Below, piece by piece: positions 25,501 through 40,771 of a stretch of 64,000 bases of DNA. This DNA comes from Bispira polyomma (Eukaryota), in assembly GCA_965649765.1 (NCBI GenBank), contig OZ287759.1, positions 13,020,001-13,084,000 on the forward strand, in the 5' to 3' direction. The first letter of the stretch is position 1, and each line of letters opens with the position of its first letter. Under the pieces are notes generated by a model. It had not been told where the DNA came from and searched no databases. It saw nothing but the letters and a program-made list of their open reading frames with translations. The translations under genes were made by a program, and so were the position numbers.

Positions 25501-28500
25501 CTAGGCAGAAATTTTAAACGTTCTTGTTTGAAAAAGCTAGGGGCCGTGGAGAGGGGACCCAGCGGCCTAATGGTGTTATAATTCTTGTTTTGAGACTTCA
25601 TTATTATTTTTTGTATTTTAAGGTTTAAGAAAGGCTAGTATCTCAGCTATGTTGACTAGATAAGCTGGTTTATTAGTACAGTCTGAGGTCTCACTGCTTT
25701 ACGGTTTTGCCCTCATCAGTTCTGAAAGCAAATAGCTTTCTCTGTTAATAAATGGATGATGTAGTGATTTTTTCTCTCACCCAAAAACTACGGGTCAGGG
25801 GAAGCAGATAGTATATATTAGAGTGATCAGTAGAGAACAGTCAATCCATATGGCTCAAAATCTTTTGTAATGCGGGGTTCACGCGATGGAGGTATGAAGA
25901 GGCGGTGAAAAAAGTTATAGAGCTTGCCTTGTGTTGTGAGAGTAGTTACTGCATGTATTACTAATCTAATCTTATCTAACTTTAATAGCGCTTATCTCTG
26001 TGCAAGCAGATTCTAAGGTGTATGAGACAGAAAATCATTTTGACAATTTCATATAGCCATTGGATGTACAGGGGTCTTGAGCATGGGGATGCTGGAAAAA
26101 GGTTATGGGGTTAAGGTGCAAAAAGCCTTGCTAAATAGGTAGGTGAGAGGAGGCAGTGCGAATATTATGAGACAGATCATTCAACAGGTTAGGAACATCA
26201 TATGAGAAACTATTTAAAATATCTGTTTGACTTGTGAACTGATCATACAAATGTAGGAACACTTAAAAAAGCATTTTCAGGCCTACTATGCCTTGTATTG
26301 CGTTGACATGTATAGGGACACAAGTAAAGACTGAAATACAGAGGCAGACCTGAATTGGGATAACTACTTTGCGCAGGGAACCCTATCAATATCATCCGAT
26401 AACTTCAGCTTACTTCCTGAAACCTTCTACAATCGGCTGTTTGACGCGGTTGGTTTTGACTTTTTAAGAATATCCAGCTTGCCAAGACAGAAAAAAAAAA
26501 CCCTTCCACTTCTTTCCGTATATAACTACTCCCAGCGTCTTTCCTTTATACTTTGGCTTTTGTTCTGGCCAGAATCTGAAACTTAAACTTGGTAGAAAGT
26601 CTGATAACAGTCTGCCGATGGTACTTTTAACAAACTATAAAATTTTCTAATTATGTGTAATAGAAGAACCGGTATGTGCCTAATTAACTAAAAAGCAGTA
26701 TCAAATCACAATTAAATTGTAATCAGTAAATCGGTGTGATAGGATCTATAATTATTATTCTAAAGGTCTGTACATGTTGATTCATGAACCCCAGCTTTTA
26801 GTTTTCATATCCTTAAAATGTGTGTCTAGTCAGTATAATTTATATTTTAATTCATCACATTAATCTTCTATTATACATTTAATTGGATTTTAAACTGTGC
26901 TTCAATCATAGTAGGCTTCCTGACAATCCTGGGCCAGTATTCTCCATGGAAACTCCAGCTCAAACTCAGACTCTACTCAATTGAAAGCCTATGTGTGTGG
27001 AAGTCCTTGTACATGGAAAGAAAGATGTATTTGTCAACATTCATTTTAATAGAGCTTTCCGTGCTCAGTTCAAATTTACAGTCAGATTTGATTTAACTTC
27101 ACACTCCAGCCATAGATATATCAGGGACTTTCAGATCGGAGCATGAGTGACTGAGTTGAACTATTGAGGTATTTGGAGAGAACACCACCACTCAGCCTTT
27201 CAAATTGGGTGCCTCACACTTCCCACAGCCTAAACTAGCGATTCTACAAATTGCAATTGTCGGCACCAAACGGGCATGTATTTTTTAGAGTTTGCCAAGC
27301 ATTCTCAACTCAACCCTAATGCAGTGACAACTCATTCTTCATGCGGCGATGTGGAGTTTGTGTTACAATTTCATTAAACTAGCTTGAATTTAAACATCCG
27401 CATGTTATGACTATCAAATCACCTTATAAAATAGTAAAGGATAAAGTTGTAATGTATTTTTAAGTCATTTTTGATGATTGGGACAGTCTTGAAAACGCAC
27501 TGCTATCAATCTTGATAGCTTCCGTGAGTAGTCTAATTAGGTTTGCACAAGGCTTACGTTAAAAGAAGGGGCCGCGGTGGCCTAGTGGTTAGCAAGCATT
27601 GCGTATCACAATCACAGAGGCCGCGGTGGCCTAGTGGTTAGCAAGCATTGCGCTTCACAATCACAGAGGTCTTTCCTCCAGCTTTTCCAACTACCCATCC
27701 CAATATAACCTAAACAGTTGGACGTTTTTTTCCAAATTCAAAATGTTGCAAGAGCTCCACTTGAATGGGGGCGATCCATACACCTTAACTACACACATTT
27801 ATTGTGATGGCAATGCATTGTCAACTAGACCCTTGCTTGTATTGAAGATGCACCCCTGCTGTGACAATGCTGTGAGCGATCCATTGTGGAAATTCAGAAA
27901 TAAATCCTCAGCTTCTGCAATGGTAAGTCTCTCACTCATGCAAGTTAAAAAAACGATGCCAGTGCCTTTATGGCGATTAGCTGGTCGCATAGAGATCCCA
28001 CAAAGTAACCAGGATAATATTTTGAACCCACATAGATTTTCCTTCTGAAACCCTGGGTAAGCATAGCATCTCCACAGTCATTGCCAAAATTTTGAATTTT
28101 TCTAAAATTTCACAATGAACGTAACACAGCCGGGGGCATCGCTATACTTTCCTCCATACATGATATAACCGACTAAATTCAGGATTTACTTGACGATGAA
28201 CGCCAATTTTTAACGTACAAGATATGTGCTGGATAGGCGGAGAGAAAAAACAAGGCAAACGTGAAAGTGTGATCTACCATTAAGCAAGGCCATACAGTGG
28301 AACACATTTCTAACTACCATCCCATTAACAGCCAGCAGTATACAGTCAGATGATGAAAGGCAATGCTGTTGTTTGTTTGCTTAAGGAATGCACAAATAAC
28401 AATCAACAATGCTTCCATCTCAGTCTGCGACTCTGTCCATCTGTGTACAAAATACCTTTGTGTATATAGTTCACCTTGACCACTCAGTGATGCCCACAGG

Positions 28501-28515
28501 CCCTCTCTGTATTAC

Positions 28516-28552
<37 letters not shown>

Positions 28553-31500
28553 CTGTCTAGCCTTGCCTAAGGCCTGTCTGTTTCCTATAATAAATAAGTA
28601 GCTGTTGCCGGTGTAACGTCATATAATCACCCCCTGCCAAATTTTGACTCCCTATCGGAGTTTAATTTTCTGAATGCAAAATTTACAGTGTGTACTTTGT
28701 CAAAGCAAATTGTGTGTATTGAATATGATAAATATGTGAAACTTGTTATTTCTTAGAGCTAGTAATCAATTTTTGATGTACTGTGTATTGTAGCTTTGTA
28801 TTGTATTTCAAACAAAAAAAAAATTAAAATGGATGGGTTCAGGGAGAAAAAATATGGCTTCTGCCTCTTAAATGAAAATATTCTTGAATAAAGGAATTAT
28901 TTAGGTGTCCATGGCATCAACATGAGCACATAATTCATATAGCACTGCCTCTTACATATCACAGAAGTCTAATATGGTGATATTTTAAGAAAGATGCTTC
29001 AAACTTTTACCAATGGACTAGTGTCCTATCCCTTTTGCTATCCGTACAGCAACAAAGTTTACAGATTTTCACAAAAACACCTAAAAGAATATCTCGCTTG
29101 CTTTTCGTCTTCAAATGTGCTTCCTCTTGGCAGCCATAATGGGCACCGAGGCTTGCTTGAGAAATATGACCAAGGATTTTGGAATATGCCACTTATATAG
29201 AAATTAGTGACAGAGGACTGCTATTTTAAGTGGTCATCTGAGCCACTTGAAAATATTGTGTTCACATCTTGCTCGAGTAGGTTACCCCACAAAATGAAAC
29301 CGGTAATAGAACCAGGGACTATGTGATGGTCAGACCAACACCCTAACCACTAGACCATTTCTAACTTCAGAAGACTTCTTACAACATTTTCTGAGGTTTC
29401 TCAGACATAGTTTTAGAAATGTGGAGCAGTATGGCCTCATCATTTGAAAGTTAGTTGTATTATCCACTTCTATAAATGGAGCATACGAAGGAGAATACGG
29501 ACAGGAGCATATTTTTTAATATCCACAGACGCCGGTGAAAATGCATATACATATAGTACTTTGATGAAATTTCAACATTTTTAATGTCATTTTCATGGAA
29601 TATTTCAGACAGAAAGTTCATAAAAAGTGTGGAGGACAAAATAGTTTTGGGTTGTTTTAATGTGGTCAAAGTAAGGAAATTAATACATAATATGTTTAAA
29701 ACTTTCGACATATATAAAATATAAGGGGCAGAAACTGTTAATGTGTACAAAACCCTATTTTTAGAGTGATTGAAGTTTGTATTTGAGGCTTATTCTATAA
29801 GGTCACAACTCAGTACTTTCAGTTTGTATGATGTAATTTGCTGTGAATTTTCGATATTTTGGTGCTTTTTCAGACTGTTTTGTGTTATATTTAGATCTAT
29901 ATAAGCATAATAATTACTTAGAAGTAAAATTTGAAAGTGAAACAATCCTCGTGCTGCATATTTTTTTTATCATACAGACTCGGATGGTATCGGTTTGTCT
30001 TCTCTCCTGATAAAATAAAAAATATGTGTCAATTGGGTAATATTCCTCTTTCTGACATTACTTTATGTACTTTTGTATGTAGAATAAAAATTGTTTTATA
30101 ATGGAAGCACTTATAAAGTATGACACATTTCGAACCAATGAAACAAGCCGAATGAAAGGATCCTGTTGTTTTATCCTTTTGGCTAGAATTTCTAGAATTT
30201 ATAATATTTATTTTGTGATAAAAAAATTATTTCTGGAACTTGAATTTGCAGTTAGCCGATTTAGTAGTCTTTCTAGGGTGTTGAAATACATTACAATCAT
30301 AAGTGTCTTCTTTAATATCACTCACTCTTTCACCTCTCAGGACAGTCTGGTCTCAATGCTACCTTCATGTGTTAGAGTTTTGTTGGGGTGTTTTTTTTTC
30401 CAAATAAACCTGTTTTGTGCTATTTTTTAAATACAAAATTGTAGTGTAGTAGACTTCTGTAGTTTTTGGCTCATTCAGTGACATTCACAAATCAGCGGAA
30501 CTAGAAGGTAGCAGAATATATTGTAACTTGTCTTTCTGCCTAAATTGGTTATCTATGCTGAAAGACAACTTACACATTTTCCCAGGGTACTGGTCAGATT
30601 TAACTAATTTGTGTTAAATGATTTACACAAGACAGATAGCAAGAGAGTTGTGACTAAATAATTTTAATAATATAAAATATCTATACTAAAGAAGTGTATG
30701 TACAGTTAATATGCAAATAAAGGAAGGCATATGGTCACCTTACATTAAGTCAGGCTTCAATCTGAAGCTAAGTAGTCAAAACTAAAATTATGGTTTAAGT
30801 CTAAACTTAAAGGAAATTTTGAGTTTAAGTTTGGCAGTCAATATTTAAAATTTAAGTCTAAACTTAAAAAGAAATAGAAAGTTTGAGGTTACATTAATTA
30901 AAGTTTGACTGGAAGATTTCCGTCTAAACTTTTAGTGAACTAGTACATTACGTACTTATGTACTGAAAGGTGACCTTATGCCCACACTGGAAACGATTTC
31001 TGTTCACTGTCAACCTTTTGAGTACATGAGAAAGGTTTCATTCTGCCAAAATTGGCCATCTAAGCTGAAAGACAAGTTACAGAATCTTCTGCTACATTCT
31101 GATACCGCCTACCATACCGCTGATATGTAAACAGGGTTTTATATATCACCAAATTGATATTTTATCCTTTAAGGAGCTTGCTCTCCACAAGAATAAAATA
31201 TGATTTTTTTTTCCTTCTTTTTTTTGTATTTCACAAAAAGTTCGGGTTGTTGGGCCATGTGAGATGCCATAATATCCCCATACAGTATCTTGAATTTACA
31301 AGTCAACCATTTACTTAGATAACAGTTTTGCTCATGTGATAGTCTAAAAGTCTTTAAAAGGTTTTCCCAATGAATTAGTTTCCAACTTGAATAACATTCT
31401 CTGACAGTGAATTAGTTTCCAACTTGAATGACATCTTTTGACAGTGAATTGGTTTCCAACTTGAATGACATTTTTGACACACATGGGCCTAAAGCAAGGC

Positions 31501-33716
31501 TATTAGACCAGTACTCTCCATAGAAAATCACCCTTATTAACTCTGATTCAAACTCAAATCCAGGCTGTGTGTAAATCCCTCGAAAACACAAAATGGCCTA
31601 TACTTGTAACCATTTGTTTTGGAAGAGATTTCAGGGCTGAATTCAAATATTCAATCAGATTTTACTTTTAACACATCACTTGAGATTTTTTCTGGGAGAA
31701 GACAGCTTTGGCCAGGCTACTATATGTGTTATTAAATGTTTTGACCATACACGTTAGAGATATCATCTGTGTGTGTCTGACGTAAGCCACTCCCACACGT
31801 CTACTAGTAACAATCATCAAAGATAGACTGTACATGCCTTCATTTGAGTTGCAGAGTTTCTTTGGAGAACACTGGTTTATTAGCTTTACTTTAAGGCTGA
31901 TGTTTGTCATGCAAAAATGTGTCATCCAAGTTGGAAACTAATTCACAAAATCGGTTTAGCTGAGTAAGTTTGAATTAACATCACTTCTAAAGACAATTTA
32001 ACCAAGAAATTCACCAGATTTTTCACTGTGGGCCAAGTTTTAGCTTGAACAATGAATACAAATTCCAATTTTTACTGGAAATCTATTTTCACTATCTAGG
32101 CTGACGAGCAGAAATGGTTAAAAAATACTTGCTGGTAAAAATATTCAGTTATATATGGCTTAAAATACTTTCTAAGCAAAACATCCAGTTATACATGGCT
32201 AAATATACTTCCCAGTCAAAATATCCAGTTATACATGGCTAAATATACTTCCTATTCGAAATATCCAGTTAACATGGCTAAATATACTTCTAAAAGTAAA
32301 AATATGCATTAAATATAGAGTATGTGTAATCACCACCTAGTCCTTTTAAGAAGGCTTAGAATACTCTGTGTGATTAAATATGTTTATCAACAAAATTAGT
32401 TGTCATTATAACCATGGGAGCTCTTTAAAATGCAAAAGTTTAAACCCTTTAATTTTAATTGATTTCACTCAAATTAGTTAGTTACCATTTGTAGAGGTCA
32501 AAGGGTAAGTTTTAGGCGGTGATCATATACTGGAATGTTGGTTGAGAACAAATGAAGAAGTATTTAAGCCATATGTATAACTGAACTAAGGTAGCAATCA
32601 TAAAACTGCAAGCACTATTTATTTTTTATTCCTGCTAATAGGCTAGAAATAGCCTTTACAACGCTCTCTGTCTGTATATAAGTTCACAATTATTCTCTTC
32701 TGTTGGTATGAATTTAAATATTATATGTGTAAATTTTCAACAGGAAGCTTGAAGGAAGTGAGAAACTGTGAGTTGAATTTGAATTTGGATATTTAACGTC
32801 AACTCTAGTACCTTTTAGTAGGTTATATTGGGACGGGTAGTTGGAAACGCTGGAGGAAACACTGCATACAGTCGGTCAAGGTTCTGCACTGAAACCAGCG
32901 GCCTACAGTAAGGAACTACCACCTTTCCCACATAGGCATCGACATGATTCGAACTCACGTCGCCCAGAGGTGAGAGACCAGTGATTGTGAAACGCAATGC
33001 TTGCTAACCACTAGGCCACCGCAGCCCTGAGAAACTGTGAGATGTTTTATATATTTCCAGAGTACCCATCTTTTTTAAACAACTATGCATTATATCATAC
33101 AAGTTCAGAAATAGGTCATAGTAGTTGGTATTAAGGTTTTAAACAAACCCCACTTTAGCAAGTCAACTGTCATCTTTCCATCAACATACGTGTTGTAAGC
33201 AAGATAATAGAGAGGCCATGACTAAAAAGTAATGAGAGGAAAGAGAGTTACCTCTGCAGGGGTAATGCCCGTGCACATAATATCGGTATGACATAATCTT
33301 TTTTTTTCTCAAAGTAAATCAGCTCTTCCATAAAGGCAAAATATACCCGGATAGGTTTTACAGGTAGACACAGATGGAGTGGATGAATATTGGCATCAAA
33401 CACTTAAGAGTAGTGATACAGGAATACTCAGAAACAGTTTTACGCCTTAGGAAGATGATTTAAAAAATGCCATCTTACCATCTCTCCATACTCTATATAT
33501 TGAGAACTCCACATTTGAGAAAGTGGCCTGGAAAAAACTACTCCACAACCTTCTTTCATAATAGCCACAGATAATAGTATATCTTTAAAGTTCTAACATT
33601 GAACCATAGATGTAGTCACAGTTAGGTCTCAAAGTATCTTTATTAAAAGGAAGGAAAAATAGTGGATACTCACTTAGATCTCACAACAGTAGGTATATTC
33701 TGGCGGTGCTAACCCC

Positions 33717-33747
<31 letters not shown>

Positions 33748-36700
33748 AAAAAAAAAAAAAAAAATAATAATGATAATAAATAAAAAAAAATAAAATAATA
33801 AGACATTGCACCTCGTAGTTTTAGTGTCTTCGGATAAATTTATGGAACAGTTGGCCAAAGGATATCAGAAAAAAGATGAGAGTCACAATTTGTTTAGGAA
33901 ACATCGAAAAACCTACTTATTGAAGAAAGCCTTTTTGTTAAGTGCCACTGAATGTACGTTTTCAAAACCAGTTGAGTACTATAAAAACATTGATGTTATG
34001 TTATGTTATACCCAAACTCAGACAGTAAAACAAATTTGGTACCATTTGTTCTTGTTTTTTTTTTTTGTTTTTTTCTTTTTTTTGTATCTAGAAACAATGT
34101 GGGTACTCAGTAAAGTGCATACCTTTGCCAAGGCTGTACATACAGTCCACAAAAGTGAAACAAAAATTCCTGGATCCACCTCTTCGTTGATCAACTCCTA
34201 AATGTAATAGGTTTTTTGTACCCTATTCTCAATCCCTCCATCAAATTTAAGTGTTAAAATAACTTATTAAAATAACTTTTGATTTAACAAGATTTACCCT
34301 TTTAACCACAAGGTTTTCCACCAGCAGCCGCTGGCATGTATTACTCCCAGAGCATACATCTGTCAGCAAGCAGTCAACATCCCAAAAATATTGTTTTATT
34401 TTCCATCAGTTCGTCCCAATAGAAAACTGTAGAGCAGAATGCCCCCATCAAAAGAATTATACATAAGACCGTTATTTAATTCCGGAAGTAGTCTGGGCTG
34501 GGTGTTTTATCTGTAACATATTACCCCCAAACAAAGGAGAAAGAAGCTCAAACTGTCAATAAATGAGTTACATTTCTGCCTCACAATATCAGGACAGACA
34601 TACAGGATACGGTCAGAGGTTTGTGGTCAATGAGGTTAGCCTTTGGTAATAACCTGGTCACACCTACACTTGCTAACGTCCCACAACGTAGCAAATCAAT
34701 ATAAACTGAAAGCGTGGTGCTTCTTGTCAAAGTGACGTCATTTTCATAAAATGGGGAGTCGATTGTGACGTTTTGTGACGTTTCATAAGGTTCCGTGACG
34801 ATGTTGGTATTTGTATACACGAAGAGCTGGCAAAAAAATGGACCATTTACTGATAGGATATCACTACCTACTACAAGGTAGAGCTAATGTACTGCTACTT
34901 ACGGCTGCATTCTGCTGCCTTCTGCTTCTTAGTGAAACGTTCTCGACAAACGGAGATGAGTGGAGACGATCTCACTACTTACTGGGACTTCCTCGATAAC
35001 TACTAGTACTACGTAGAGCTACTTACGGATACGTCTATGCTACTTTCGGAAACGTTAGGGGACGGACAGAGAAACGGGAAGAAACAAGGGCTGTGACTGT
35101 ATTGTTTTAAACAGTTTGAAACAATACATGCAGAAGACCAAACGGAGACGTTTCCGGAACGATACCATCCGTTAATCAACGTCACGGAACGAACGTACCA
35201 GGGATCCTCACTTTCTACTACGTTTAAAACCGTTTCTAAAATTAACACAATGTGACACAAACGTGGCTCTAGAACGTGTAGGTGTGACCAGAACAGAAAA
35301 GCTCAAGTTAAGCTTCTGCCAGATATACCTCATTTGTCTTATGGGGAGTTCTCACTATGCCGGTACGGAGAGTCCGTAAACCTCATTTGTCTTATGGGGG
35401 AGTTCTGGCTATGCCGGTACGGAGAGACAGTAAAGCCCCGGTCTCACCATGGCGGTATAGATAGGGGGTTAGAGGCGCTTTGAAATGGCCTTCTCCCGCC
35501 AGGAACCCTATCTATAGCTTCCCCTATGTTTACCTTCCTTCTCTTGCCATCTGTAACTGGCCATGGTAGGCTATGGTTTAGAGATGTTCAAAATTTTGGC
35601 CCCACTAAATAGGAAAAGGGCTATATAATGCCTCCGCTCATTTCTGGGTTGTATCAAATTCTTTTCTAAAACTTCCATCCCTGTAGTCATATGTTTCTGC
35701 CCGTTTCCGCCTATTTCTGTGTCTTTTCTCGTCTATAAAACTTATGTGGACAAGTTTTAGATGGTATATTTGGCATAGTTGAAACAGCCGATTTAATAGG
35801 GGAAAAGATAGGTAACAGTATCTTCTGCTACCTTCTAGTACTGCCTACCATACCAGCAATATGTAACTGGGGCATAAGAGAAGTTGTAGCACAGGGATCC
35901 TTCCCAAACCGAATACAGTCGTCCATGCCAGGCAGAAGTTTGAAGTAGGGTCGATACTTCCGCCTCACCAAGATGGAACAAGGCAAAAATATCCTTCTGC
36001 CGGTTTCCGAGTATTTTAATATTGTTGAATCACTATTGTAACTGTTTAATCCTAGTGATTGTGTTTTTCTACCCGTTTTGATCCCAGTGATTGTGTGTTT
36101 CTACCCGTTTTGATCCCAGTGATTGTGTGTTTCTGCCCGTTTCCAAGGATTTCCCTATCACTACAGGAAGTCATCTGGGGCCGTATTCACAAAGGGACTT
36201 AGCAAGATCTTACGCCTTAATCAGTATACTTTTGTGCTAGATTTAAGCCTAAGACCTGGCTACGTCCTTTTGTGAATACGCGCCATGTGTCTGTTTCCAT
36301 CTGTAAAATCCATCTGGAAAAGTTTCAGAGGGTATTATTTCCTTAGATTGAATAGTCGATTGACTAGGCGGAAAGACAAGTTATTACAATGTGTTGTGGT
36401 ACCTTCTGATGCTGCCTATATGAAAACGGGACATTACAAAACTAAACCGAGGTTCTTTATAACATACTCATGAAAGTACATGTATTGTATTGTATTGTGC
36501 ATTTTTAACACGCCTTATTGATTCTAGGCATCTTCTAAGACATAACATCAGAATCAATCAGCTCCAAGTATATGCATGCTACAATAAATACGCGTAATCA
36601 CAATTCCCAATTAAGTAGGGGTAATGTTATACTAACTGATTGATATAATATATACAATGTCAATAGAATATATTTTATTATAGTGTCATGTTTGATACAT

Positions 36701-39700
36701 ACACACCAAAAAAATATTGACATATATTACGACAGAACCAGCTTCATATGGGCTTATATTAAGACACTATGGACACATCATATAAAAATAGTGACACTTT
36801 AAAGAATAATTTATAAGAAAGTGTAAAATAAGATAACACAATTAATAGATTAATCTCAATTGTACAATAACATTGACATTCTACAATTCTAATGTATTTA
36901 GCTTATTTACAATGTTTATCAATATATGTCACAGAGTATATTGTAAAAAGTACCTATTGTAAATATATTGTTTTTCCCCCCACAATTTCAAGCACTATTT
37001 GTGAAAAACGATGATCTTGCGAATATACTCAAAGTCAAAATTGATCTAATGCCAGTGTATTTATACATACTAGATTGGAAATGTTTCCGAAACGTGTGAC
37101 GAGTGGAACACATGAAATACTTTAAAAATAAATATCTTTACGAGTTTATGACTTGCCTGTTGATTGTTAGTTATATAAAAGACTGAATACATATTTGGGG
37201 GAATTTCTATCAGAGTCAGAATCCCTATGTGAAATTGTGTAGTGAATTATTAGAAAGAGGCAGTGACACTTATGTATATATATGTAAAACTTTAAACTTA
37301 ATCTCTTACTCTTAAAATATCCCAAAAAGTGCCTTATATTGTATGTGTGCCCAGCCTCTTAATTTTAAGAAAGTACCTGATGGTAATAGAAAACAAATGT
37401 CATACTGATGAGGACATTGTAATTACCAACAACATTAAAGATTTGTTACATATATACTTAAAGTAATTTTTCTCTGTCAAAAATAAATGTTTATAATTAA
37501 GTATGTTTGTACTAATAAACTTTCTTCTTTTTTACAGCTGTATAACGTCATACATAGTATGATGTATGCGGATGTTATAGTATGGGTTTGTCTTTTGTTT
37601 GTGTCGACAAGCAGATCTCAGAAGTGGTGGGGAGTTGTTTTCTCATATTTTTTGGTATATTGAGGCCTGTTCTCATTCAGATTTGCACCCGTGATATTTC
37701 ATAACCTGCGGTTACGCCACGAAATTGTGACGACCGTGCCGCAGAAATGACACTATGACTTCAGTATGACGTTTTCGTGGTTAATACGGGCCGGGTGATA
37801 CCATGAACCGCATCACCCGACGGCCGTGAAAAGGGATACCAAAACTGTAGTATTTACTCGATTTTGCAAGGTTTCAGTCTCAGATTAAATAATATTTCAG
37901 ACAGAAAGTTGCTAAGAATTGTGGTTAACATAAAATATAAACCTTAAAGCATTGGGTGATACATAAAACACCTTTGTAAATGTGATTTTGGAGTTAATTT
38001 GGGGGGTATCAACTCAAGGTTTTAAAACGTAAACAAAGACTGCAGAGAGTTTGGTATTGTTTAATATTGTCATAGTGAACAAGTACATACATTGATTAAT
38101 TAAAGCAGATAGGCAATTATTTTCACCAAATGCATGAATCCTATAATATTCAAACTGGTTTGTATACTTATACACACTTCTCAACTTTTTTTGTAAAAAC
38201 ACACACACCACAGCAGATAGTTGGCTTTTTATCTCCACTGTAGAGAAATTGGTTTGTTTCTCTCCTGGAAAGCTCTCTTAGCTATGTGACATCATTATAG
38301 TGATGGGGATTTTATATAGAGATTCTATGTATGCAGCACTCAGGTATACTGTATAAGTTTTGTGGAGGTAATTCTTAATATATTTTGTACTTGTATACTC
38401 ATCTTATAAGGAGTTTTTTTATCAATTTTGTGATAACGCTAAGAATAAAAGTGCAACTGGCTCACTTTCCTATAGATATACAAAAAAATATAGAATACTT
38501 GAAAACTAAATTGCAGTTCACCATTTATAATAATGGATACCAATTTTTGTTCTGATGGGTATTTAGTGAAAAAAGCCTTCAGGGAGTTTTAAAATCTTAT
38601 TGTTTTGAACCCCAAAAATCAAATCCATTACATCAGGACTTTTGTTGTGAAACAACTATATGAAGCAGCGAAAATGATCAGATTCCAGCTGATTTGTGTG
38701 GAAGTCATACGGATGTATTTTCAGAATTACTGCTTAGGTACACACTAGGGTTGGGGGTCTATTACATGCAATCTATTATATTGCCATCTATTTCTATTAC
38801 AATTTAAATTTTGAATCTATTATTAATACTTTCTATTACTTTTAGAATGATACACTGTAAGATAAAAACAACATGTTCAAAAGAACAATAATACATTTAA
38901 TTGCTGAATAAATCCTATACTTGCCATAATAACTGAATAAATCCTATACTTATCACACTAAAATTAGTTAAAAGCTTAATAAATCAGAGACAAAATAGTC
39001 TAAGATTTAACAATCTGAGATTTCACTAAACAATCTGAGTTTATGTATCATTTCTATTTATACATTATCATTTTGTTCATATAAGGTTTTATTTCTTGAA
39101 AAAGTGTTTTCTACAATACAAAATTAAAAACCTTTTAAGTGTAAAAAATCTAAATAGATGTACTTCTGTATGGGTTTTTAACATGAAATAATTTTAAAAA
39201 GGGGAATCAAAATATATCAAATGTCCCTTGTCGATGAGGTTATTGAAAATGGTTCATTTTAAATATCATCTGTGTTATGAGTGGATAAATAGAAAATACA
39301 CAAACCACTCAATGACAATGTACTAATCTATACAAATAACGAATATAGCAAGCCAAATATATTACATGTTATATTAAAGGAAATATTAAGTACACAGGTA
39401 TTAATTGATGGTATATATTTCATATATTACAAGATACATTAAATTAAATCAATGTTGGAGCTTGGCAATTGTCCCTTTATTCTCTGTTGTATGGTATACA
39501 ATAGTTTTGACAAATACTAATTGTACTAAAATTCTGTGTTAGTAAATTGCTAGGGGCTAGGATATTTAAGATATTGTTTAATTTAACTATTGTAATGACC
39601 GACCAGTATATACCCAAGGACAAGATCACAACCCCCAATTGAAGTTGGAATAGAATAGAGGTGCGATATGGGGATGCGATGGGAGGTGCGGTATTTGATC

Positions 39701-40719
39701 TGCAAGGATATTATACATATGGCTAATATTTACATCATAACTGTCTTATTTATGAATGGATTTTGATCATTTTTTATCAGTGACATTATATCCAATGGGA
39801 TAATGACTGGCCTCTATACATATATTTACAAATTAACTCCCATCGCACCCATATCAGCCATTGCACCTTCTATCGCACCCCAATATCGTACCTTCCCATT
39901 AGGCACTCGACGTCTTTTTGATATCGAATTTTAGTCTAAAAATGGACATACCGTCATTTCGATGTCATTTTGACATCACAATGTATTGATCATATATTTA
40001 GACATCATTAAGACATCATTATAATGTACACTCTCTGACATATATTTAGATGTCATTATGATGTCATTATGATGTACACTATCTGACATATTTTTAGATG
40101 GCATTATTATGTTATGACATTCCTCATATAAATTCATGTAGAAGAGAATTGTAGGAATGGTCATTTTTGTAATGGCCCAGCAGGTACATAGCAAATATGA
40201 TTATATGGGTCTTAAATGGGCAGCATATATATATTTACAGAATATAAGCTGTTTGTGAGGGCAAAACTGGGAAATATGCACCAAGGTTGGGCTGACAAAG
40301 GGTTTAATATACTGAAGCATTTTTAAGTTTTTGAATAAAGATGGTCTTTAAATAAAGAATTTTGGTCCCGACGTCTATTTTCGCGGAGCTCCGAGGTTTA
40401 GTAGCACCCCTAACTCCCGTAAAGAGAATATCAACAATTTAACCACGGTGGAAGAAGACACCGGTGTATCAAGAATGTTTAACAGCAAATTCAATATAAT
40501 GTATCTAATTTTGTTTAATTGTGTGTTAAACTATAAATTTTTAATATCCCTTGTATGAAAACACAAATAACCGCCAATACTGCTTGCTAAACTTTACAAG
40601 TATGGCTCGCTGCAGTGATATGACCCCCGACTCCCGGGCCATATCGGGAAATATGGTATGTCATGTGATCGCATTTTAACCAATAGGATCGCTAGATTCG
40701 CCGCTGAGGTATAATGAAT

Positions 40720-40771
<52 letters not shown>

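Noticed and set aside
32815-32997. Similar ORFs at 32815 and 51500, and at 2212/2492/9018/34581/50232, as gene families
   Set aside because: They are translations of SINE S1 and MITE A copies
33713-33790. Poly(C)-poly(A) run mirrored by poly(T)-poly(G) at 20281-20318
   Set aside because: Flanks are not homologous; simple homopolymers
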